Origin: Dendrobates tinctorius | Lineage: Eukaryota | NCBI RefSeq assembly: GCF_039654945.1 | Contig: NW_027361832.1 | Location: forward strand, 10,602,001-10,666,000 | Direction of reading: 5' to 3' | DNA length: 64,000 bases | Shown here: one piece after another, positions 12,029 to 25,411 of the stretch | Numbering within the stretch: position 1 is the first letter of the stretch | How the letters are laid out: each line of letters begins with the position of its first letter | Notes under the pieces: model-generated | Told to the model about the DNA's origin: nothing | Database searches by the model: none | Seen by the model: the letters and a program-made list of their open reading frames with translations, nothing else | Program-made: the position numbers and the translations under genes

Positions 12029-12865
12029 TATACGACTAGGAGGCTGTTGAGTTCAGGTAGGGGGATCTATGACTAGTCGAGACACTGCGGTCCATAAATG
12101 TCAAACCTATGAAACAAACCTCACTGTCAGCAGACTGTGTCAGCGACTTTTCGAACATATTTGCCTATAGTCCTCAGGGGACAGTTTTGTTGCTCTGTAT
12201 TCTGATAGAAGGCAAAAAGTAGTTAAAAACACAGGTACATACGTTCTTCGCTTACGTTTCAAACATTGCATTTTAAAGCTGCAAACAGCCCTTGAAGGAT
12301 GCATATCAACCTTGACGTCTCAAAATTGCTCAACCTAATGTGCACTTTATATACCCATACACATTAGCTGGTAACATGTTGAACTTCGAGATTTTGTAAA
12401 GACTGGCCTACCCTCGACTGTGCACGGGGAACCTCCCAACCATACCCTGGAGATACACACAAGACAAAAGAAGGGTCAGGCATGTTGTGTGATTCATCTT
12501 GACCGTTCCAAAAGGTAGGTTACATTAAAACGTTAACAATATATACATGCTCTGTGGAATAACAAAGTAGCCCCTGCCCTTCTATACAGTACACTACTGT
12601 TACCGCAACATTTCATATGGACATAATATACCAGATAGCTGCGATATAAATACTGACTGAATTCCAAGCAAAAAAATATACAAGTTGGCACCTTGTTGGT
12701 TTATTGACTGATTTAAGTTATTACTGGAGATCAAGAAGGAACTCCACTAGTTTTAAAGCAGATACATGTCGGTTATCTAAAATGTCAACTTAAAAGGACC
12801 CCATATACAGACTATAATGTTGGCCGATGTCGTCGGCCGGCTGAGACTGTCCAATTTCAGACCGC

Positions 12866-13091
12866 TAGGGTTGATCGAATAGCTTTGGATAAGTGCTTAT
12901 CAAGTCTGTGTGACAGTCAAAACACATGCAAGGAGAGCCTGTTTGTTGTGACTGTCACACAGCCGTGACACATGCAGCTGCGGCTCCAAACAGCTGATTA
13001 TCAGGAGCGATCCATGTTACCGAGGCAGCTATTCGGTAAGTGCTATAGTTATTCGGATAACCTCTTATCCAAAGCTATTCGATCATCCCTA
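12866..13091. mobile_element. Palindromic MITE of the tagtgatgagcg...cgctcatcacta-like family
   Basis: tagggttgatcgaatagctttggataag ... cttatccaaagctattcgatcatcccta. Related copies at ~24690-24900, 43860-44115 and 54899-55093. Confidence 0.6.
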
Positions 13092-13709
13092 TAGACCGCC
13101 GATTGCATTGTTCTCTTGGAAGTAAGCCGCTGGGTAAGGTCGTCTGCTTTCTCATCAGAACACCAGAGAGCTCAGCGAAGCACTCTTGTGTACATGGGAG
13201 ATGGGTATGGGCCAAATGATCAATCGGCAGTTATCTAATGCATAATGGGGATTTTAATCCCATTTCCAGCCATTAAAATAATACATTTTCAAGTCTTGAT
13301 GAGCAGCATTTATTCCCATTTCAAAATTATCTTTAAATTTAAAAAAAAACAACAAACTTTTATTTCTTGCAATCAGATATACAAATTATACATAAAGTAA
13401 CACAATATGGTAGCAATAAAGTAATTTTGTTTGATGCAAATATTTGTTAGAATTAGGCTGTGGCATCCAATCAAAACCTTACTGAAATGTCAAGCCCATA
13501 TATCTGCACAAGGCCAGAGGTGTTCGATTTACGAGCTGTAATACAATTCTTTGGATCCTGACCGTACAAGACACGGTTTTGATTATATAATGGATTCTAG
13601 GTAACTGACAAGTGCTTAGTTGTGTTATTCTCTATCAAAACAAAATTAGAATCTGCCAGCAATAGCGGCAAGTCCCATACAGATATAGTCTTTGTACAAC
13701 TGAATGTCC

Positions 13710-15032
13710 TCAGTCCAAGTGAGCACTTATTAGGGAGTCACTGCCAGCATCACATGTCACCTCTGACGATTCGTCCGCCTCACTGACACTTATATCAGCT
13801 TCACACGTAGACAACTTTTGATTAGCTGTAGAATGGTCCACGATAAAGTAGACGCCAAAAGCCTTCAGCTGCTTCTTCGAGACGCATCTCAGCAGGATCT
13901 CCGTGTCCTGGAACCTATTGTGGTTTAGTTTCTCGGCTTCGGATGCTTCCTCTTTCTTTGAGAATTTGACAATAGCTTCCCCAAGGCAGTCCCCATTGTC
14001 ATCATATAACAGACAAATGTCCTGTTCAGTCAGAGAAAAGCCAGAAAAAAAGTTGAGAATGTCATATTTATTCACGCAAGCGGCAAAGTTTCTTAAATAT
14101 AAGAATTTAACACCAGACTTCTTTTTAATGTCCTCTGAACCTGGATCCCCCAAGACGACGTTTTTCTTGCTCTCGATTAAGTCCATCATGTTGGCTTTAG
14201 AGACGGGCAGCACTCGCAGACGACGACCCCGGAAAACCGCTTTGTCCAACTCGAGAGCTCGTACGTAATCATTTTCGGTTACGAACATCACAAAACATTC
14301 CCGCTGTCTGTTGCCATTTTTGTCATACACAAATGTGATCTGAGAGTCCTCGACAAGGTTGTGCAGAAACTTCCTTATGAGGGATTTGTCAGCATGGAGG
14401 CTTACATTTACCAGATGTGCATAAAACTCGTGAATGTACAACAAATGGTGGTCATACTTTGGTAACCACTTGCAAGTTGAATTTTTCAGATTTTTCCTCG
14501 ACGAATCACATTTTGCAGAGTGGGAGAGCCAATCCATTTCACTTGATGGCCACATGGACAATACAGAAAATGTATTTTGACTCTTACAACAATTTTTATT
14601 TTCAGACGCCTGAAATGCTAACAAGGCCTTTTCGGCGTCGTCACCTTTTCCAAATTTAACACAGGCTATGCCGCTCCTAACTTTATACCTTGTCATGAAA
14701 ATTACATTTTCCACGTACAATTCTGTAAAAAAGCTTTTCACATGAGAAAGTTTGGCATTTAAGGGTGTAAACATAATACGCAAATAGCTGCAGGTCTGCG
14801 GAGAACTACACCAAGCCGAAATATTTATAGGACTGTTCATTAGGAATTTTCCCGACCTGTTTAGAGCTAAACATGAGGAAATTCTTTCCTCAAAAGTAAC
14901 GTAAGCCTCTCCATACACCCCACCAATAATAGTAACACCTCCATCCCGAATCTTTAATCCAGTAAAGAAACGTCGAATGTGAATAGCGTCTGCGATCGGC
15001 GGGAGACCTTCTAGCCGCACCGTCAGTGACAT
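13710..15032 (-). CDS. rbm12b: RBM12B-like RNA-binding protein, paralogue B (440 aa): four RRMs and a short acidic tail
   Basis: Intact ORF. VRLEGLPPIADAIHIRRFFTGLKIRDGGVTIIGGVYGEAYVTF is RBM12B RRM1-like. LYLRNF..DICLLYDDNGDCLGEAIVKF..AEKLNHNRFQDTEILLR is RRM4-like. Acceptor caacag| at 15057/15056. Confidence 0.88.
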   Translation of the reverse strand: MSLTVRLEGLPPIADAIHIRRFFTGLKIRDGGVTIIGGVYGEAYVTFEERISSCLALNRSGKFLMNSPINISAWCSSPQTCSYLRIMFTPLNAKLSHVKSFFTELYVENVIFMTRYKVRSGIACVKFGKGDDAEKALLAFQASENKNCCKSQNTFSVLSMWPSSEMDWLSHSAKCDSSRKNLKNSTCKWLPKYDHHLLYIHEFYAHLVNVSLHADKSLIRKFLHNLVEDSQITFVYDKNGNRQRECFVMFVTENDYVRALELDKAVFRGRRLRVLPVSKANMMDLIESKKNVVLGDPGSEDIKKKSGVKFLYLRNFAACVNKYDILNFFSGFSLTEQDICLLYDDNGDCLGEAIVKFSKKEEASEAEKLNHNRFQDTEILLRCVSKKQLKAFGVYFIVDHSTANQKLSTCEADISVSEADESSEVTCDAGSDSLISAHLD

Positions 15033-16314
15033 TCTTACTCAATATACTTTTTTTTCCTGTTGATATATAAAAGAGGCACACATGTTTAGTTATACACAGC
15101 AGGGATTCTCCAAAATTAAACATCCCCCCACCCAGTACTTTTTGTGCATATGCAGAGGGATTAACCCATAAATCACCACGTCCATCGTGGCTGTAATATG
15201 GTGACTGTCATGCCAGAGACAAATCCACACTACAAACTCCACTACATTAGGCGGTAGAGCAAACAGTGTTACATGGGCTCTGCATCTAACCCTAGCAAAA
15301 TAAAACTAATATTAAACATTCTGTATAGAAACAGAATGATGAAGCTCCCAACTGGCACCCTGTGAGCCCGCTCCATACACCCACTTCCGACTTGTGCCAT
15401 ACATGTATGGCGCCTGTCATGGAGGGTTTAAGACTTCTTTTTCTCTGTCATACAAGTAGCATGCCCATCCACTTAGTATACATGTAGATAAAATACACCT
15501 AGCGCTTTTTGCAGATTTCAGGCGGTTAGAACTGCGGACAGATTTGCTTTTAACGGTTCCTTCTGGTGTTTTCATCTGCTGCCAGATTACACCAGACAGT
15601 GGTAGAGGAAAGCTGGTAGAACAGGCAGTAGTAATCCAGAGTTTTGTAGAGGTTATAATGGGAAAAATTCATCATCAGGGTCGTCTTATAAAAATGTTTC
15701 TTTATTAGAGAAAGTAAAAAGTCACATTTTCCATCACCAGAGACAACAAGCTAATGCATTTCAGGCACACTCTTCAGAGTTGCAATGTCTAAAGACAGAC
15801 TGAAACATGTTTGCTTGTTATTTGTTGGTGATGGAAGTTGTGACTTTTTACCATTTCCAATAAACATATGTTTTTACAAAAAGACCATAATGATGAATTT
15901 TTCCATGATACGTGTATTTCACCATGTCTCTGCACATCCGTTCTCCTAGTGGATGAGCTGACAATTTCCAACAGGTTTGTTGGGAAGAATTCTGAATAAA
16001 TTGTGTTTTAGTCATTTCAGTTTAGGAGTCCGTTTAGAATTTAGATATTTAGAAATTGTATTGTGGCTGTCTAACAGCTGTTAAATCGCAAACATATTAG
16101 TCGAGCACGCCTGAGATACTCAGATAACACGACATCCGAGCACGCTCCCTCATCACTAGTAGCCATCTTTGCACAGCTGTCCTACAATGAAAACTGACAG
16201 TCTCTGAACACAACTGCTCCTCGATTCCAAATCATAGAACTTGGAATTAAGTTATACTGAATGTTTTCCCACACAATTAGTCAGCTATCAATCTGCTGAG
16301 ATCCTTCTGATCTA

Positions 16315-17947
16315 CAGTTAGGTCCATAAATATTTGGACAGAGACAACATTTTTCTAATTTTGGTTCTAGACATTACCACAAAGAATTTTAAACAAAACA
16401 ATTCAGATGCAGATGAAGTTCAGACTTTCAGCTTTCATTTGAGGGTATCCACATTAAAATTGGATGAAGGGTTTAGGAGTTTCAGCTCCTTAACATGTGC
16501 CACCCTGTTTTTAAAGGGACCAAAAGTAATTGGACAATTGACTCCAAGGCCATTTCATGGACAGGTGTGGGCAGTCCCTTCGTTATGCCATTCTCAATTA
16601 AGCAGATAAAAGGCCTGGAGTTGATTTGAGGTGTGGTGCTTGCATTTGGAAGGTTTTTTGCTGTGAAGGAAACATTCGGTCAAAGGAGCTCTCCATACAG
16701 GTGAAAGCAGCTATCCTTAAGCTGCAAACACAGAAAAACCCATCCGAGAAATTGCTACAACATTAGGAGTGGCAAAATCTACAGTTTGGTACATCCTGAG
16801 AAAGAAAGCAAGCACTGGTGAACTCATCAATGCAAAAAGACCTGGGCGCCCACGGAAGACAGCAGTGGTGGATGATCGCAGAATAATCTCCATGGTGAAG
16901 AGAAACCCCTTCACAACAGCCAACCAAGTGAACAACCCTCTCCAGGAGGTAGGCGTATCAATATCCAAATCTACCATAAAGAGAAGACTGCATGAAAGTA
17001 AATACAGAAGGTTCACTGCACGGTGCAAGCCACTCATAAGCATCAAGAATCCAAAGGCTAGACTGGACTTTGCTGAAAAACATGTAAAAAAAAGCCAGCA
17101 CAGTCTGGAAGAACATTCTTTGGACAGATGAAGCCAAGATCTACCTCTACCGGAATGATGGAAAGAGAAAAGTATGGTGAAGGCATGGTACAGCTCATGA
17201 TCCAAAGCATACCACATCATCTGTAAAACACGGCGGAGGCAGTGTTATGGCTTGGGCATGCATGGCTGCCAGTGGCACTGGGTCACTAGTGTTTATTGAT
17301 GATGTGACACAGGACAGAAGCAGCCAAATGAATTCTGAGGTATTCAGAGCCATACTGTGTGCTCAGATCCAGCCAAACTGATTGGTTGTCGCTTTATACC
17401 ACAGATGGACAATGACCCAAAACAAAGCCAAAGCAACCCTTGAGTTTATTAAAGCAAGGAAGTGGAATATTCTTGAATGGCCAAGTCAGTCACCTGATCT
17501 CAACCCAATTGAGCATGCATTTCACTTGTTAAAGACTAAACTTCAGACAGAAAGGCCCACAAACAAACAGCAACTGAAAACCACCGCAGTGAAGGCCTGG
17601 CAGAGCATCAAAAAGGAGGAAACAGCGTCTGGTGATGTCCATGAGTTCAAGACTTCAGGCAGTCATTGCCGACAAAGAGTTTTCAACCAAGCACTGGAAA
17701 TGAACATTTTATTTACAATTATTTAATCTGTCCAATTACTTTTGGTCCCTTTAAAAACAGGGTGGCACATGTTAAAAGAGCTGAAACTCCTAAACCCTTC
17801 AATTTTAATGTGGATACCCTCAAATGAAAGCTGAAAGTCTGAACTTCAACTGCATCTGAATTGTTTTGTTTAAAATTCATTGTGGTAATGTCTAGAACCA
17901 AAATTAGAAAAATGTTGTCTCTGTCCAAATATATATGGAGCTATCTG
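16315..17947 (+). mobile_element. Full-length Tc1 DNA transposon with a frameshifted transposase
   Basis: TA flanks, ~230-bp TIRs (cagttaggtccataaatatttggacagagac...). Motifs RPGRPRKT, WTDE, MDNDPK and [12 protein letters not shown] are spread over several frames. Confidence 0.93.
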
Positions 17948-17999
17948 TATAACATGCTGTCTAAAGCAAAGACTACATGAATGACAGGTTCCTATGGTC

Positions 18000-18350
18000 A
18001 TATTTCTGTCCAGCCGCTACGCCGATTCTTCACCAGTTATTGCTTTGGTTACCCAACTGCTAAAGAAAACATCAATCTCATCACAGTCATCCAAAAAGAC
18101 GCTTCATATCTCTGCCCCACTTACATCCTATCTCATCTCTGTCTACCACCCTACCTGTCGTTCTTTGTTCTGCTAATGATCTACAGTTAGCATCCTTCAT
18201 AACCTGAAGCTCCCACTCCCATCGCCAAGACTTTTCTTAAGCTGCGCCAGTTCTATGGAATGCACGACCCCAGAAAATCTTGATTCCCAGTATCTACAGT
18301 TTTAAGGGTGCCCCCAAAAAATTCACTTAAGACTGGCTCATCACATCAAC
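18000..18350 (+). mobile_element. Degenerate L2/CR1-group LINE 3' fragment
   Basis: Resembles L2 ORF2 C-terminus (P.Y...L...Y.P.RSL.SA.D ... DFS.AAP.LWN), with many disruptions. Confidence 0.4.
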
Positions 18351-19913
18351 TCAATCTGTTTGTCTTCCAACATTTTCCTTAGAATCTAACCCTTTCCATC
18401 ATCTGTTCCCTCACCCTCCATTCACTCAGTAGCACATAAGCTCATCTTGTAGAAATTGGAGAATCATTGCTCCGTAACGTCTGATTTAGAATACTGAATT
18501 AAACCTTTGGCACAAAGTGCAATCTTGCTGAAAGTAATATGTATTTATTGAAGTAATAAACCTGAGACATGGTTCAAAACCACCATTTTGGCCCACTTAG
18601 CCTTTATCAAGGTTATCTGTCTGAGATGATTGATTGTAGCAAAGGTCTGAATAGTGGAGAGTCCAAGTGCTGGGGAGTAGCGTGAGGCATAATAACAGGA
18701 AATCTCTGAGTTCTCTTTAAAACAGGGTTACCGAGATCACCAACAAATTAGGCTATAGGCAGTACATGGCTTACAATAACTTAAAAAAACATTACCTGAT
18801 AAATCCACTTCTGCTCCCGATGGCCTGTTTAATTCTACACAGCGATCACATGTAAGTCTTAAAAGAAAACGCTTATCTCACGGCAAAAGGTTGTTTGGGA
18901 ATGTGGTTACGGCACAAAACGGGTAACAAAGGAATTACGGAAACAAAGTAGGGATCAGATCGCAAACCAACTTTGTCTTTGGTTAATGACATTCTCCTCT
19001 TGGGGTGGCCTTACAGGCTTTATCCACTATATGAGGAGGATTGGCAAACATTTCTGAAATCATACGGTGCTTGAATATTTGAAAAAGCAAAAATATTGCC
19101 ATTTGAAGTTTTGCCAAGTTTCATTATCACCATTTACCCACACAGTTGCTGCATTCAGGCCCTATACATCACCGAGACCAATGACTGGCAGCAGCGGTCA
19201 CTTGGGTAGATGGCATAAGACATGTGGGGAGCACCAAAAAGTAGATTTATCAGGCACAATTTATTTGTATTTTATACTGTTATATACTGCCTTTAGAGTA
19301 ATTTTTTACAATCCTGAAATACGCCTTTTAAGCCTCATTTCGACATCCGTGCATCACAGTCAGAGATTGTGGACCGGCCCTGGGACTTCAGACTCTAAGT
19401 CAACAGCCTCATATATGTTATGATGCCAAGTTCGGGTCAGGAGACCCTCAGTCAGTCCATATTGAGACCATGTTTCACGGACATCTAAATGAGGATTAAG
19501 GGTGAATTTCCACACAGCAGATTTTGCTTCAGAAATTTCTGCCACGGAAAATCAGTTCCAATTCATCTGAATGGGATTGTTTCAGAAGAATGGAACAGTT
19601 GCAGAATTTTCTGCAACAAAATAATCCATATGTGAATTCACCTTAAAGGGGGTTTTTATGCAATGAAAATTATTCTTAAAACAAATCCCCTGACTCATAG
19701 CCTATAATTCATATTTCACCACTCAGTCCCCTACTGGTCTCTTCTTCTTGGCCCAGTCTTCCACACACTAGACATGGCAGGACAGGCTGGCCCAACTAAA
19801 CACTTGCTGAAGTGATGACGATTTCCATTTTGTAGAGAACAGGACCAGAAAGCATAGACCAACCATTTAGACAGCCTCAAATGGTATGAACACACTGCGT
19901 GGGAAAAGCTCTA

Positions 19914-20108
19914 AGGCCACATGCACACATTCAGTATTTGGTGAGTTTTTTACCCCAGTATTTGTAAGTCAAAACCAGGAGTGGGTGAAAAATGCAGAAG
20001 TGGTGACATGTTTCCATTATGCTTTTCCTCTGACGGTTCCACTCCTGGTTTTGCCTTACAAATACTGGGGTAAAAAACTCACCAAATACTCAATGTGTGC
20101 ACCTGGCC
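19914..20108. mobile_element. Harbinger-like MITE
   Basis: Palindromic: ggccacatgcacacattcagtatttggtgag / ctcaccaaatactcaatgtgtgcacctggcc. Confidence 0.65.
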
Positions 20109-20896
20109 TAACACAGTAATATAAAGCATTAACCTAGTAGTATGGGAAAATGGCTTTTCACTTGATCAAGCTTTTCTAAGTCTTTCAAACCCTCCAGAAT
20201 TCCAGAGACAATAAGGGCTAGATTCAACAAGATCGGCGTTGTTCACACTGATCTTGATGAAGCGATCTGCTGGAGTTAGACCCTGCTGATTCGCAAAGAG
20301 ATGCACGCTAGTCAGGTGCTGGAGGGAGATTTCTGTTATGGGGAAAGGAACAGCTCGTCATGCCTAAGACAAGCTGAGGCATCACTCCCACATCCCACCC
20401 TAGCTCTGCCCATTTTGGCGAACTTGGAAAAACAGTCGTCAAGACGCCAAAAATCGCAAAATTTGGTCGTAACTCCTAAACGGCATCTACATTTTTCCAG
20501 AATTCTGGAGTGAAAGCTCTTCTGAATCGGGCCCCAAGTGTTTAACAGATGTAATGTACGCTCAGGAGAATGACCAAAGAATGTTAAAATAAAAACACTT
20601 CATGTTAACTAAATACCAGACAAAAGGAGCGGCTGTTGAAGCTTGAACTTCTTGAAAAACTGATGCCGGAAAAAGTGGTGTGCTTATCGCTGCTGTTATG
20701 GGGTTAACGTATGATTGGAGCTAGCTATAATAGCTGCAGTTAACCCAATTGCCACTATCAATCAATGACTGCAGTATTTAAGCTGCAGATCCAGCCTGGG
20801 TGTCCAATCTTGGCTCCCTTGGTCATTCCCCCCCCTGCTTGAAGGCATCTGTCACTGCCATATTGTTACTCCTGTGAAGCATAGCCTGTAGTTTAA

Positions 20897-21149
20897 GGGT
20901 GTGTGCACACACTGCGGATTCTGTTGCGGATTTTGCAAAATCCGCAGATTAACCTGCAGTTTTGCCCTGCGGTTTGACACCTCTACAATGGAGCAGGTGT
21001 GAAACCGCTGCGGATTCCGCACAAAGAAGTGACATGCTGCGGTTTTGAAACCGCAGAAAATCCGCACCATGTGCACTGCGGTTTTTTGTTTTCCATAGAA
21101 TATAAAAGGTACTGTGCACCGCAGCACAATCCGCAGTGTGCACACACCC
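20897..21149. mobile_element. Harbinger-like MITE
   Basis: TIR gggtgtgtgcacacactgcggatt / aatccgcagtgtgcacacaccc, with TAA/TTA flanks. Confidence 0.75.
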
Positions 21150-22221
21150 TTAGTCCACTATGGGACTAAAAATCTCAAAAAAAAAAAAGTGAAAAGCAAA
21201 AAAAAAAAAAAAAAGAAAAGAAACAATTGTATTTTTTTTTTTTTAGCAAATAAAATCAATCGCCTTCTCCCTAGTTAATGGGGTTGTTCACCAGTTAATT
21301 TCTGACAAGCTGCCCAGCTTGCTTAATCTTCGCGGTGTGTAACATACACATCCTTAGGATTTGGCTCCACTCCTCGGTCTCAGGAGTCCTCATGGGACAC
21401 CATTTACGCTTTTTGCATACTTGTGGTCATGTGCAAACTAGATTTTCTGCCTCTTGCCTCAATGTTCTGTTGAGACACGCGGCCGAGTTGTTACGTGACC
21501 TCAAGTATGAAAATAGCATAAATGTCATTGGGTGACGACCACTGCAACCGCAGACAAATCCTAAGGGAAAGTAACGTACACACAGGCTATGTGCACACAT
21601 GGGGGTGTTTTTTTTGTCACCTGAAAGAAATCGGGTCAATTGTGCAAATGACACTCTGATCATACTGTGCTCAGATTCTCCCTAATGAGAAGATGGAGAA
21701 AAAAGAAATGTCTTCATACTCTCAGTGCACAGATGGGACCGCACGCAGATGTCATCCGACTGCAGTCCGATGTCTTCCAGGCATCCATAAACTTGCATGG
21801 CCCAGTGCGATTTGAATATCAGATCAAACACAGGCATGCAATGATTTTTTTTTTTCTCTCCTTGGGCAGTCTCTGTCCGAGAAAAAAATAAATAAATCAC
21901 GACACCATGGAATAACATTGGTCTGGGCGAGTTCTCTTTTACCGACATATGACATACTGGTACGTCGTATGCCTGCTCGCAAGCCAAGCCCACGTTTCAT
22001 GGCACATGAGGGCTGATTTAACCAGCGATCATGTGCCTCTAACATCCACAGGGTAAGCAAATAAGTGGTTAGTCTATTAATTTCCACTGTCTATCTCTGA
22101 CACCTGCTGGCAGGGGGGGCGCATCATTCCTCCCGCCCAATGGCGCACCCGTGATGTGATTGCAAGGTGCAGATGGATTGTCATAACGAGAGATGGGCAA
22201 ATATCTTCGGCTCCTTCCTTA

Positions 22222-22645
22222 GGCTAGTTTCACATTTGTGCTTTTGAGCACGGCCGCCACTAAGCCCCGCCCCATGCCGCGCCTCCACCGGTAGCTCCGC
22301 CTACCGGCGCATGACGCTGCATGCGTCCCCTATCTTTATCACTGGGGGCGCAGGCCGTGCGCAGTATGCGTTTGGCGGCGCATGCGTCCTTTTCACGGTG
22401 CGCCGAGCGCAACCAAACTGCAGCAGGTTGCGTTTGGCACTGGTCGGCGCACCGTGAAAAGGACGCATGCGCCGCCAAACGCATACTGCGCATGACCTGC
22501 GCCCCCAGTGATAAAGATAGGGGACGCATGCAGCGTCATGCGCCGGTAGGCAGAGCTACCAGCGGAGGCGCAGCAGGGGTCGGGGCTTAGCGGCGGCCGT
22601 GCGCAGGCCGTCGCTGCGCTCAAAATCGCAAATGTGAAACTAGCC
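22222..22645. mobile_element. Near-perfectly palindromic Harbinger-like MITE nested in another MITE (~22190-22800)
   Basis: TIR ggctagtttcacatttg / caaatgtgaaactagcc with TTA TSD. The + and - strand ORFs here translate almost identically. Confidence 0.8.
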
Positions 22646-24129
22646 TTATTCGGCTATAGCGCTTACCGAATAAGCTGCTGCGGGTACCCGGATCGCTCCT
22701 GATCAGCGCCGCAGCTGCATGACAGTTACAACACTTGCATGGAGAGCCCAACAAACTGGCTCTGAATAAGGAGGGAGCTGAAGATATTCGCTCATCTACT
22801 CATAACAGCCGGGGGTCTGCTGAACACCCCCCCACTCCTGTCATCACAATCCTCCTTTGAAAGCCAACCTGAGACCGGCGTTCAAAGGGGATTGTGATTT
22901 TTTATATATAGCGGTGCTGATGCACAGCTACGTACAGCACAAGTGATCAGACGATCGCAGCTTCCAGTCCCCCAATGGCCATATTAAATATACAGTAAAA
23001 ATATATTTTTTTAAATCCTGAAAAAAAAAAAAAAAGTTCAAATCACCCCCCCTTTGCCACGTTAAAAATAAAATAAATTTGGTATCCCTGCGTTCGTAAA
23101 AGTCTGATCAAAATATAAAATAATTTGTTTGGTAAATAATGAAATAAGAAAAATTTTAAATTCCAGAATTACTTTTTTGGGGGGCTGCCGCAGCACTGCA
23201 GTAAGATGCGATCAACACATTGTATGCACCCCAAAATTGTATCAGTAAAAACAAAAAATTGTCGCCCAGTCCCAGATCCCAAAAATTGAAAGTTAGGCTA
23301 TGTGCACACGTACGCAGAACATTTCTGCATGAAAACCCGACTCCTTCCCAGAAAATGCGCGTTTTTTATGCGTTTTTTTCCCACGCGTCCCCAGAAACAG
23401 AAAATAGCAAGAAATGCGGAATTTTCCGCGAAATTAATGAGCACGCTGCGCTTTTTTCCACGATGCAGTTTTCCCGCGGGAAAAAAACCAACGCATTAAT
23501 ATGCACAGAAAGTCCGGAATTCATTAAAATGAATGGGATGCTTCTTTTAAGCGTTTTTTTAAGCATTTTATTTGGTAAAAAAGCGGAAAAAACCCTGCAA
23601 CGTGTGAACACAGCCTTACGGTCTTTGGAAAAATGGCATTTTCCCCCCCCTCCAGTTAAAAATAATAATAAAAACACTTTACATGTTTGCTATCTGCATT
23701 CTCGTTCTGGCCTGGAGAATCATCAGGTCAGTTTTCCCGTATAGTGAACATGGCAAATAGGGAAAAAAAAAAAAAAAAATCTGTGAAATTGCACAATAAA
23801 AGCATTTTTTTTATTGCTGCATCTGTGAAGGTTTCATCTATCAGGATCTAAACTACTCTGACCCATACAGTAAACGTCGTACGGCAAAATAGAAAAAAAT
23901 AAAAATTAGAATAAAAATCGTTTTTTGTTGGCCGAAATCGCTCAGATAAAAAAAAAAAAATAAAAAGTGATCAAAACATCTAGCTTTAAAAGCGGCAGCT
24001 CAGCGTGCAAGAAACGTACGTCTCATCTCATACAGCTACAGAGGATGGAAAAAAAAGTGTTATGGGAACGGAAAACCACAAGAAAGAGCACAACAAAAAG
24101 TTGTTTCGTCATTGAGGGGTTAAATTAGC

Positions 24130-24560
24130 CGTGTGGAAAGGCGATACGTCCGACCCTGGCTCTCAAACACACACGGAGCCCTCTCCCCCCACCACAATGG
24201 CCTTCACCTGCCCCCACACGCCCATCCCCCCTTCCGGAATGCCATAGGAGTGGGCCACACAGTAACGTTCTGCCTCAGTTTCCGCCATGTAGTAAGGATA
24301 TAACAGCCCCGTTTGTCTCCCGCACATTACCGAAGCGGACACCGAGCAGTGCTCGACCGACTCAGACCTGCGTGCGCTCAACAATGACGTAAGGAGAACG
24401 CGCATGCGCAGCACATTTTGTGTGGAGGTGGCGGCGAGGACCTCCGCGCATGCGCGGTGATTTCAGTAGTCTATTGTTGGCAAGCGGTGTCCTGACGATG
24501 TCAGGGTGGGGGGATGAGCGCGGCCATGTGTGTGTGTGTGTGCTGGAGATACTGAGCTGC
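24130..24560 (-). promoter_or_regulatory. CpG-island promoter, probably of RBM12B-like B (non-coding exon 1)
   Basis: Two NRF1 palindromes GCGCATGCGC (~24400, ~24446), YY1-like CCGCCAT (~24282). Candidate minus-strand donors TCG|GTAATG (24331/24330) and CAG|GTGAAG (~24207). Confidence 0.5.
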
Positions 24561-25411
24561 AGCACGGCTCCACCTTATCTGTCAGAGGCAGAAGCTTCAT
24601 TTCCTATAATGATGGCTCCTGTATGTGCAGCATGTGTCACCGCAGCCGTATACCTACCCTCAGGGGCAGTGCGCTGCTCGGCTGAGGTGTTGCGTGCTAA
24701 CCGAGCGTCTTGGTCGTGCTCGGATAGCATGTCTCACGGCTGTTAGACAGCCGCCACAGTACAGGGGTTGTTAGGTAATCCCTGTATGTGTTGCGTCTAT
24801 CACAGCCACGAGACATGCAGCGGCGCAGACTCGAACGTGCTATCCGAGCACGCCCAGGACGCTCCGCACCTGACACCTCCGCTCGCTCGCTCATCACTTG
24901 TCAGGAATCAAACTATTTTTATTTTTGCTTTTTTTCTTTTACTGCAGTGTACACCGCGGCTCGCCCGACCCGAGCGTGACATCTGCATAGAAGTATACAG
25001 GTCTGGAGAGTCGCCGGCCAGTCCGCGCCCTGCGGTTCCAGCTATACTTCTGACTTGCTGCGCCCTTAGAGACATAAAGAAAAAAAACAATTTTTCCGTC
25101 ACCGTAGATGAATTGTTTGCGGGACGAGTCATAGTTTTGAATGACATCTTTCATGTCACCATATCATGTACTGAAACAAATTCCAAGTGTAACAGAATGG
25201 AAAACACAATTGAACCATTGTTTTTTTTCCCAACATTTATTATGTGGTAAAAATGACCTGGCAACGTGATTTTTCAAATTGCTACGATCGCAGTGATACT
25301 AAACTTGTATAGACTTTTTTTTTTTCATTATCTCAGACTAAGTTCCGTAATGTGTTTTTGGGATAGCAAAATAGTCCCAAAAGACAATAATAGCCACCTT
25401 AGATCAATACT

